Source of the DNA: Candidatus Sumerlaeaceae bacterium
GTDB taxonomy: Bacteria; Sumerlaeota; Sumerlaeia; Sumerlaeales; Sumerlaeaceae
Reading direction: 5' to 3'
Assembly: GCA_051003195.1 (NCBI GenBank)
Contig: JBPCLP010000011.1
Coordinates: forward strand, 32,001 to 96,000
DNA: 64,000 nucleotides
The position numbers were made by a program, and so were the translations under genes. Position 1 is the first letter of the stretch. Each line of letters starts with the position of its first letter. Positions 30,580-38,139 of this stretch are shown here, piece after piece. Under the pieces are notes generated by a model. It saw nothing but the letters and a program-made list of their open reading frames with translations. It was not told where the DNA came from and ran no database searches.

Positions 30580-32169
30580 CTATTCGAACATCTGCCAGTC
30601 TGCCGCAGCTGACGGGCTGGCTACTTTCACTGAAACGGTCGCAGGCGTTGAATCTTCGATTCCATCGTTTACCACATATTGGAACGACGTGTAGGGCGTG
30701 CCGGACTCCCCTGCATCCGGAGCAAAGATGACGCGCGACTGAGCGTCCGTGATGGTCGTCGGAGCAACTGTTATGGCAGCGCCACGTGATCCGGCGTTAT
30801 ACTGATATAAAACGCCCTGCGCAGGCAGCGACGTAACCTTGGCGGTAAGTGCGGAAGCATTAGCGTCAAAGCCAGCAAGCGTAACCACCGCATCTGTATT
30901 CAGTGGGGTGTTTACCTCGTTAATTCCAGGGCTTCCGGCCCTCCATGCCGGGCCATTAACCAGGGTGCCGTTGGCTGCGCTGGCAGAACTATCCAGCGCG
31001 ACGGTTCCCGTGGTATTATCAAGGCGATAGTATCGCACCAGCCCGGTCTCGCTTCCCGTACGCTGATTCGCCTTCCGGGCCCCAATTTCAAATGAGCTGA
31101 GAACCTTGTTCCAGATTCTTACTTCGTCGAGCAGGCCATCATAGAAACCCAGGTTGGTCTGAAGGCTCCCAAGACGCAGATCTGGCGGAGCTGTCAGGGA
31201 CTGCGTACCGGCGGTGCCTGATGATGCGAGTGCCCCATCGACGTAAAGTTTGATTGTTCCGCTGGCAGCTTCACGTGTGGCGGCCACATGATGCCATGCA
31301 CCGTCGGCTTTAACGCCGCTTTGGATCGTTACATCAGGGTTACCGATCCCAAAAAGAACCTTCCCCGCTCCCAGGGTCACACCGAAATCATCCGCAGCTC
31401 CAGGTACTTCGCCGTCTACAAGGCCTTTACCCTGCCACCATTGTACGTCGCCGCCTGTAACCTCTGTGGACTTAAACCAGAATTCGATCGTGAAGTCGCC
31501 CTGAACGGGGCGGGCGAACTGTACGTAGCTGTCAATTCCATCGAACGCCAGTGCGGATCCGCCCAGCGACGCTACCGGGGCGAGGTTTGGAATCTCTACA
31601 ATTTCAACAGCATCCAGTAGCATGGTATTGTCCCCGCTGCCTTCGAGGTTTTCGATCTTCAGTTCAAAAGTGCCCGGACCGGGTGAAGGGAACTGGGCAG
31701 TGACCCCCCAGAATGTATTTCCGGTCCCGGCTAGTCCTGTAGCGGACACACTTGCGATAGGTCCCGTTGTTACGACGGCGGCGCCCGCGACGGAGACCCT
31801 TAGGCGTGGCTTTATGGGCGTAGCTCTGCGGGAATTAACCAGCATGCGCAACTCGTAGCTTTTGTTCGCCTCAAAGCCGGCAACGTTTTGCGCAAGGAAA
31901 TTTGGGCTCTGAATGAAGGCCACCTGGGTTCCACTGGTCGTCACCCCATTATCCCAGAAAGGACCGCTTGTATTATTAACTCCGGAATTAGCGCCGCTTG
32001 CGGTCCAGTTCGCAACCGGACCATAGCCTGGAGAGCCCGCGGGTGGATTACCTTCAAAACTGCTGTTCACGATCAGCGGTGTTGCCCTGCAGTCCACGAC
32101 AGTGCAGACCAACACGACACCCAGTGCAACTTTGCAGGCAAGTCGGCTATAACCAAAAATGTGGTTCAT
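30580..32169 (-). CDS. Secreted protein: CBM-like + LamG (concanavalin A-like) + Ig-like domain, with C-terminal W motif
   Basis: Signal peptide; NSSFE; ALAFDG..FTIEFW..WHHVAAT..LYVDG..GLLDEVRIWN; FQYVVNDG; ends SAAADWQMFE*. Confidence 0.8.
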   Translation of the reverse strand: MNHIFGYSRLACKVALGVVLVCTVVDCRATPLIVNSSFEGNPPAGSPGYGPVANWTASGANSGVNNTSGPFWDNGVTTSGTQVAFIQSPNFLAQNVAGFEANKSYELRMLVNSRRATPIKPRLRVSVAGAAVVTTGPIASVSATGLAGTGNTFWGVTAQFPSPGPGTFELKIENLEGSGDNTMLLDAVEIVEIPNLAPVASLGGSALAFDGIDSYVQFARPVQGDFTIEFWFKSTEVTGGDVQWWQGKGLVDGEVPGAADDFGVTLGAGKVLFGIGNPDVTIQSGVKADGAWHHVAATREAASGTIKLYVDGALASSGTAGTQSLTAPPDLRLGSLQTNLGFYDGLLDEVRIWNKVLSSFEIGARKANQRTGSETGLVRYYRLDNTTGTVALDSSASAANGTLVNGPAWRAGSPGINEVNTPLNTDAVVTLAGFDANASALTAKVTSLPAQGVLYQYNAGSRGAAITVAPTTITDAQSRVIFAPDAGESGTPYTSFQYVVNDGIEDSTPATVSVKVASPSAAADWQMFE

Positions 32170-32408
32170 GGCTCTTAGTACCCCTTAGCGAAATTTATTT
32201 TGGTCCTGACACTGCGGGGGGGCGCAGAATGTATGCAAGATGCTGGACAAGCGCCCCTGCCGACAGAAACGTCCGTAAATGCTGTGGTACGGCTACAGGG
32301 GGTTGACGATTCTATGCGCCAAAGTGTCACGCTCGTGCTCGTTATCGTAATTGTGAAGAGCATCGCGAAGGTGCCGGTCTTGTTTTTGGCAGTTAATTCG
32401 GGGACCGT

Positions 32409-32568
32409 GGGGCCGTTGAAAAAGCCAGAACGAGTCGGGCGCCGACTAATTTCATAAAAACTCGGCTTCGAGATTTCGCTTCTCCGCGACGATCTCACGC
32501 CTAAACAACAATTCAGTCCGGTCTATGAGACCATGTGTTTGGATATGCAGGGCTTTTTCAACAGCCCC
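32409..32568. mobile_element. MITE family A, copy 2 (160 bp)
   Basis: Same TIRs; context TTCGGGG-ACCGT[element]ACCGT-CCCCGAA. Confidence 0.85.
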
Positions 32569-32741
32569 ACCGTCCCCGAACTTAGCCCACCCATTTTTCG
32601 GGTGCTGACACCGCCCTGGTCCAGCCGGGTAGCCGGTTTTGTGTAAGAATTTGACACCGAGTTTCGGCCTTTGCTTCCATCGTGAGAATTCGGTATTGTT
32701 TGCGGTGCACCGTTGGCCGCGTTGAGGAGGCAGCAGGGGTT

Positions 32742-33557
32742 ATGTCGTATGCTGATGTTTCACCGAGGCGCGGTTTTGGCGCCACGTCGCGCCGGGATTT
32801 GTGGTGGGTTCAGCCATTGGCGGTTTTCCTGGGCCTGTCGGCATTCCTTGTCTATACGACGTGGGCCGCGTTCCAGGGACAGAATTATTTCTACCATGGG
32901 GGCGGCGCGCACTACCTTTCGCCATTCTACTCGCCCCTGCTTTTCGGCGAGTCGCATGAGCCGCGCTGGTTCAGTGCCGCTCGGCCCGGCTGGTGGCCGG
33001 GGTGGCTGCCGTTTTCGTCGGCGTTTCTGATTCTCGTTGGCCCGGCGGGGTTTCGGTTTACCTGCTACTACTACCGTGGAGCCTATTACAAGGCGTTCTG
33101 GGCGGATCCTCCAAACTGCTCCGTGGGCGAGCCGCGCAAGACGTACCTTGGTGAGCGGTCGCTGCCGCTGATCCTGCAGAACGTGCATCGCTACTTTTTT
33201 TATTTCGCGGTGCTTTTTATTTTTGTGCTGTTCTACGATGCGCTGCGCGCGATGTTTTTCGAAGGGGGCGATGGGAGGCTGCACTTTGGCATGGGCGTGG
33301 GTTCTCTTGTGCTGCTGATGAACGTGTTTCTGCTGGGCGGCTACACGTTCGGATGCCACTGCCTGCGCCACCTCGTTGGCGGGCGGAAAAACACCCTGGC
33401 TTGCTCACCAGTGCAGAGCAGGTGCTACGACTGCGCCAGCTCGTTGAACCGGAGGCACATGATGTGGGCCTGGCTGAGCCTCGTCTGGGTGGGCTTCAGC
33501 GATGTTTATGTGCGCCTGTGTGCGATGGGTATCTGGACCGACTGGCGGATTTTCTGA
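32742..33557 (+). CDS. Succinate dehydrogenase membrane anchor subunit (Sdh1/Rv0249c-like)
   Basis: YLSPFYSP, GFRFTCYYYRGAYY, QNVHRYF, YTFGCHCLRHLVGG; GAGGAGG RBS; overlaps sdhA start. Confidence 0.8.
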   Translation: MSYADVSPRRGFGATSRRDLWWVQPLAVFLGLSAFLVYTTWAAFQGQNYFYHGGGAHYLSPFYSPLLFGESHEPRWFSAARPGWWPGWLPFSSAFLILVGPAGFRFTCYYYRGAYYKAFWADPPNCSVGEPRKTYLGERSLPLILQNVHRYFFYFAVLFIFVLFYDALRAMFFEGGDGRLHFGMGVGSLVLLMNVFLLGGYTFGCHCLRHLVGGRKNTLACSPVQSRCYDCASSLNRRHMMWAWLSLVWVGFSDVYVRLCAMGIWTDWRIF

Positions 33558-35380
33558 TGCCCGAGTGCGAAATCTGTGAACATGATGTCCTGATTGTGGG
33601 GGCGGGCGGTGCGGGGCTTCGCGCTGCGATTGAGGCTTCGGCAGCGGGGGTATCGGTGGGGGTGATCTGCAAATCGCTGCTCGGTAAAGCGCATACCGTC
33701 ATGGCCGAGGGAGGCATCGCCGCCGCCATGGCCAATGTGGATGAGCGCGATAACTGGAAAGTGCATTTTGCCGACACCATGCGCGGTGGTCAGTACCTGA
33801 ACAATCCGCGCATGGCGGAGCTGCATGCGAAAGAGGCGCCGGAACGCGTGCGCGAACTGGAGGGTTGGGGCGCGTTGTTTGACCGCACGAAAGAGGGCCA
33901 GATCCTTCAGCGGAATTTCGGCGGGCATAAGTATCCACGGCTGGCGCATGTGGGGGATCGCACCGGCCTGGAGATGATTCGAACCCTGCAGGACCACGGC
34001 ATCCACCAGGGCATTACGTTTTATATGGAGTTCACGATCCTGCGGCTGCTGACGGGATCCGGCCGGGTTGCAGGCATCTTTGGTTATGATCGCGAGCGCG
34101 GCAGATTTAAGATATTCAAAGGCCGCGCCGTGGTTCTCGCCACGGGCGGCATCGGGCGTGCGTACAAAATCACCAGCAACAGTTGGGAGTACACGGGCGA
34201 CGGACATGCGCTGGCGTATCATGCGGGCGCCGATCTGATGGACATGGAATTCGTACAGTTCCATCCGACGGGTATGATCTGGCCACCGAGCGTATGCGGT
34301 ATCCTTGTGACGGAAGGCGTGCGCGGAGAAGGAGGCGTGCTGCGCAACAGCGAAGGCGGGCGATTCATGTTCGACGACATCCCGGATCTGTACCGCGACA
34401 CAACGGCGGACAATGAGGAGGAGGGCTGGCGCTACACGCAGGGCGACAGGAACGCCCGCCGCCCGCCGGAGCTGCTGACGCGCGACCATGTGGCGCGGTG
34501 CATCATGCGGGAAGTCAAAGCGGGGCGCGGAACACCGCATGGCGGCGCCTATCTCGATATTTCGTGGATCAAAGACAAGCTTCCCAATGCGGAAGAGCAC
34601 ATCAAGCGCAAGCTGCCAAGCATGTATCACCAGTTCAAGCAACTGGCCGACATCGATATTACAAAACAGCCGATGGAAGTGGGGCCGACCACGCATTACG
34701 TGATGGGCGGCATCCGCGTGAATCCCGATACGCAGATGACAAATGTGGAGGGATTGTTTGCCGCGGGGGAGTGCGCTGCCGGCCTTCACGGCGCAAATCG
34801 TTTGGGCGGCAATTCGCTCTCTGACCTGCTCGTGTTCGGAAAACGCGCCGGTGAATACGCGTCAAAATATGCCGGCGAAGTAGAGGCGGCGGAGATCGAT
34901 AATGCCGAGGCGGAGGATGCCATTGCGCGCGCGCTGTCACCTTTCGACCGCGCGCCCGGTTCCGCAAATGGCGACGGTCCTTACCAGATCCAGTACAGCC
35001 TGCAGTCTATCATGCAGGACCTTGTTGGCATCGTGCGGCGACAGGATGAGATGGAAGGAGCTCTTGCCGAGCTGGAAAAGCTCAAGCGGGCGGCGGCAAA
35101 CGTGCCGGTCACAGGCAACCGCGAGTACAACCCGGGCTGGCACACCGCGCTGGACCTGGATAACCTGCTCGTCGTATCCGAGGCAGTGACGCGTTCGGCT
35201 ATTGAGCGCAAGGAAAGCCGCGGCGGCCACTTTCGTGACGATTTTCCGCAGAAGGACCCGGATTTCGGCAAGTTCAACATTGTCACACGCAAGGGGTCGG
35301 ACGGCTCCATGCAGGTGGCGCGTGAACCCATACCGGAATTGACCACGGAACTGAAGCAGATTATCGAGGAGATGAAATGA
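33557..35380 (+). CDS. sdhA: Succinate dehydrogenase/fumarate reductase flavoprotein
   Basis: GAGGAGLRAA, AHTVMAEGG, MEFVQFHPTG, TEGVRGEGG, HYVMGG, HGANRLGGNSL, ESRGGHFR. Confidence 0.93.
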   Translation: MPECEICEHDVLIVGAGGAGLRAAIEASAAGVSVGVICKSLLGKAHTVMAEGGIAAAMANVDERDNWKVHFADTMRGGQYLNNPRMAELHAKEAPERVRELEGWGALFDRTKEGQILQRNFGGHKYPRLAHVGDRTGLEMIRTLQDHGIHQGITFYMEFTILRLLTGSGRVAGIFGYDRERGRFKIFKGRAVVLATGGIGRAYKITSNSWEYTGDGHALAYHAGADLMDMEFVQFHPTGMIWPPSVCGILVTEGVRGEGGVLRNSEGGRFMFDDIPDLYRDTTADNEEEGWRYTQGDRNARRPPELLTRDHVARCIMREVKAGRGTPHGGAYLDISWIKDKLPNAEEHIKRKLPSMYHQFKQLADIDITKQPMEVGPTTHYVMGGIRVNPDTQMTNVEGLFAAGECAAGLHGANRLGGNSLSDLLVFGKRAGEYASKYAGEVEAAEIDNAEAEDAIARALSPFDRAPGSANGDGPYQIQYSLQSIMQDLVGIVRRQDEMEGALAELEKLKRAAANVPVTGNREYNPGWHTALDLDNLLVVSEAVTRSAIERKESRGGHFRDDFPQKDPDFGKFNIVTRKGSDGSMQVAREPIPELTTELKQIIEEMK

Positions 35381-35410
35381 GTTTTTCCATTGGGAACGGG
35401 AAACTGGCAT

Positions 35411-36166
35411 ATGCCTGAAGCAACATTTCGCATCCGCCGGGGGGATAACAAGTCCAGCGCATATAACGACTACACGACGCGTGTTTCGGAAGGCATGGTG
35501 GTTCTGGATGCCGTGCACCAGATCCAGGCCGAGCCGGCTAACGATCTTTCGGTGCGGTGGAACTGCAAGGCAGGCAAGTGCGGCTCATGTTCGGCCGAGG
35601 TGAACGGCAAGCCGCGGCTCATGTGCATGACGCGGCTTAGCGAGCTGTCGCTGGATGAGCCTGTGACGATCGAGCCGATGAAGGCATTCCCGCTGATCAA
35701 AGACCTCGTGACCGACGTCTCGTGGAACTTTGAGGCGAAGAAAAAGATCAGGAAATTTCGTCCCCGTGCACCTGACACGGCGGATGGCTCGTGGATTGTT
35801 GCACAAAAGGATATCGATCGTGTGCAGGAGTTCCGCAAATGCATTGAATGCTTTCTGTGCCAGGACGTTTGCCATGTGCTTCGCGACCATGCAATGCACG
35901 AGGAGTTCATCGGGCCGCGCCTGCTGGTTTATACTGCCGCGCTGGAGATGCATCCGCTGGACGTTGAAGACCGCGTGGAAGACCTCAGGAAAGGGCATGG
36001 TATCGGCTTATGCAACATCACGAAGTGCTGTACGAAAGTGTGCCCGGAGAATATCACGATCACCGATAACGCAATCATACCATTGAAAGAGCGGGTGGTG
36101 GATCGTTTCTTCGATCCATTGCCTGCGCTCTGGCGCATGGTTCGAGGCAACAGGCGAGCCGGCTAG
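35411..36166 (+). CDS. sdhB: Succinate dehydrogenase/fumarate reductase iron-sulfur subunit
   Basis: NCKAGKCGSC, CIECFLCQDVC, CNITKCCTKVCP. Confidence 0.93.
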   Translation: MPEATFRIRRGDNKSSAYNDYTTRVSEGMVVLDAVHQIQAEPANDLSVRWNCKAGKCGSCSAEVNGKPRLMCMTRLSELSLDEPVTIEPMKAFPLIKDLVTDVSWNFEAKKKIRKFRPRAPDTADGSWIVAQKDIDRVQEFRKCIECFLCQDVCHVLRDHAMHEEFIGPRLLVYTAALEMHPLDVEDRVEDLRKGHGIGLCNITKCCTKVCPENITITDNAIIPLKERVVDRFFDPLPALWRMVRGNRRAG

Positions 36167-36203
36167 CCGGCTTGCGCAGATACCGATCCGAGGAGAATGA
36201 CGG

Positions 36204-36707
36204 ATGCTGAAGCTGAAGCCGATTTCAATTGATGGAGTTTCCTCGGCACTCGAACGCGCCGAGCGTTACCGTTTGCTCAATGAGCCGGTCGAGGCTGAAA
36301 GCATCTGCCTGGATGTGCTGCAGGTGGACCCCGGGAACCCCGACGCCATCATCACGTTGATACTGGCGCTGACCGACCAGTTCGATGAGCGTCTTGAGAA
36401 TGCGTGCAGCGAAGCTCTTGCGCTGCTGAACCGCCTGGATGATCCCTACACTCAACAATATTACAAAGGGGTGATCTGCGAGCGCCGCGGCAAGGCGCAC
36501 CTGCATCCCGCCGGGCCCCACCATGGACATATTGCGCATGACTGGTACCGCCAGGCAATGGAGTGTTTTGAAAATGCGGAGAAAGTACGGCCCCCGGATA
36601 ACGATGACGCAATTCTGCGGTGGAACACTTGCGCCCGCACCCTCATGCGGTACCCACAGATCTCGCAGCGCGAAGGCGAGCCGGTGGATTCCGAATTGCT
36701 TGAATGA
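36204..36707 (+). CDS. Conserved hypothetical TPR-like protein downstream of sdhB
   Basis: GAGGAG RBS; helical AERYRLLNEP.EAESICLDVL...YYKGVICERR...LRWNTC. Confidence 0.7.
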   Translation: MLKLKPISIDGVSSALERAERYRLLNEPVEAESICLDVLQVDPGNPDAIITLILALTDQFDERLENACSEALALLNRLDDPYTQQYYKGVICERRGKAHLHPAGPHHGHIAHDWYRQAMECFENAEKVRPPDNDDAILRWNTCARTLMRYPQISQREGEPVDSELLE

Positions 36708-36741
36708 AGTACAGGAGTGGAAAAGTAGAAGTGTCTTGCTG

Positions 36742-36888
36742 CTACTCCAATATCTGCCATTCTTCGACGGAGCTGACAGTAGGTGTGTAGGTGACGGTGA
36801 GGACCGGCTGCTCGGCGGCAATGCCTTCTGAGGTTGCGTATTCGCGTGCGGATTGCGGCGTCGCTTCCTCCCCGATTATGATCCACCA
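36742..36888 (-). pseudogene. 3' remnant of a secreted (DNRLRE-like) protein truncated at MITE copy 3
   Basis: WWIIIGEEATPQSAREYATSEGIAAEQPVLTVTYTPTVSSVEEWQILE*; reading frame runs into the MITE flank. Confidence 0.65.
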
Positions 36889-36900
36889 TTCGGGGACGGT

Positions 36901-37060
36901 GGGGCCGTTGAAAAAGCCAGAACGAGTCGGGCGCCGACTAATTTCATAAAAACTCGGCTGCGAGATTTCGCTTCTCCGCGACGATCTCACGCCTAAACAA
37001 CAATTCAGTCCGGTCTATGAGACCATGTGTTTGGATATGCAGGGCTTTTTCAACAGCCCC
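36901..37060. mobile_element. MITE family A, copy 3 (160 bp)
   Basis: Matches copy 2 except one visible substitution (GGCTGCGAG vs GGCTTCGAG); flanks ACGGT/ACCGT. Confidence 0.85.
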
Positions 37061-37109
37061 ACCGTCACCAAATTCCCTTATTATAGATGTCCCTGAGTAG
37101 CGTCCCGAT

Positions 37110-37562
37110 TCACCTGGTTCCTGTTGTAATGGTTACGTTATAGGAATGCGACGTTACGATATTGCGGCCTCCATCAAACTCATCGGGGTTGAAGCGCAAC
37201 ACCCCTACTTCTGGCAGCTTGAGTATATAAGGATCTCCTCCGTGTTTAATGGCTATGGGCGTATAAATCCTGTCCAATAACCTATCCCATCGATTCGGCG
37301 GGATCCGGACGCTGATTTCGCGCTGGAGCGGCGGTTCGCCTTCGGTAACTAAATATGTAAAGTGCAGCCGTGAAAGCTCACTTATTGCTCGGCTATAGTT
37401 GGGCCGGGTTGCTGCTATGGCGTCTAATTGCGCCGCGGCACGGCTGGCGCGCTGAGACGGGCTGAAAACCAGTACCCAGACAGCAAACAAACACAGCCCG
37501 AGAACGGCGGCGGCGAAAATCAGCAGCAAAATTATCTGGGGTTGCTCAGATTTTGGCGGCAT
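37110..37562 (-). CDS. Hypothetical single-TM protein
   Basis: N-terminal hydrophobic helix; no recognised family. Confidence 0.5.
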   Translation of the reverse strand: MPPKSEQPQIILLLIFAAAVLGLCLFAVWVLVFSPSQRASRAAAQLDAIAATRPNYSRAISELSRLHFTYLVTEGEPPLQREISVRIPPNRWDRLLDRIYTPIAIKHGGDPYILKLPEVGVLRFNPDEFDGGRNIVTSHSYNVTITTGTR

Positions 37563-37623
37563 TCAGTTCGGCTCTGAGCTCGGATTAATCAAGTGATAGC
37601 GCGCGCGTTACCCACAATGGGCA

Positions 37624-38136
37624 CTATTGGCGCGGGAGAGTCGCACTGGTAGCTTGCTGTGGACCACGTGCTTTAAGTTCCTCCATTCGCTGCCGGTAGC
37701 CTGCACCCGCCGCTTCCCACTGGGCGGGTGGTAGCAACGACTCACGTTTTACCAGCAGCTCGGCAATTTTAGAGAGTGGATCACCATTTGTCGTGCCGGC
37801 ATCGTCCACCGCGAGGTGATACAGCTGCTTGTTTATTTCCCGCAACTCGGTAATCGTTGCTTCGGGGACCTTCACCTTTTCTAATTCTGACCCAAGGTAT
37901 CGGTCAAAGTTCGCCGGTTGTACCATGTCTGGTAAGCCGCCGCCCTTCTGCGGCAGCCCGGACTGCTTTCGGGCCTCCTGCGCAATCCGATGGATTTTGA
38001 TAGTTTCCTTAATTCGCGCCTGGTGTTTAACGATTCTCTCTTGTTTCGCCTTTTCTGTGGCAGTTTGGCCCTGCTGCGCCGCGGCCAATCCTGATAAACA
38101 CACTAACAGCGCAGCCATTGATATTCCAAGTTTCAT
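37624..38136 (-). CDS. Hypothetical secreted helical protein
   Basis: Signal peptide MKLGISMAALLVCLSGLAAA; starts 3 bp after the stop of the ECF gene, with GAGGAG RBS. Confidence 0.65.
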   Translation of the reverse strand: MKLGISMAALLVCLSGLAAAQQGQTATEKAKQERIVKHQARIKETIKIHRIAQEARKQSGLPQKGGGLPDMVQPANFDRYLGSELEKVKVPEATITELREINKQLYHLAVDDAGTTNGDPLSKIAELLVKRESLLPPAQWEAAGAGYRQRMEELKARGPQQATSATLPRQ

Positions 38137-38139
38137 CTG

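Noticed and set aside
32175..32498. ORFs starting MRSSRRSEIS (also 36742-36990 and related 30108-30386)
   Set aside because: Their shared parts are translations of MITE sequence; only the 36742-36888 portion looks like a real gene remnant.
30340..37060. Repeated 160-bp units as a CRISPR array or attC cassettes
   Set aside because: The units are too long, are kilobases apart and have TIRs with flanking duplications; no cas or intI gene is present.
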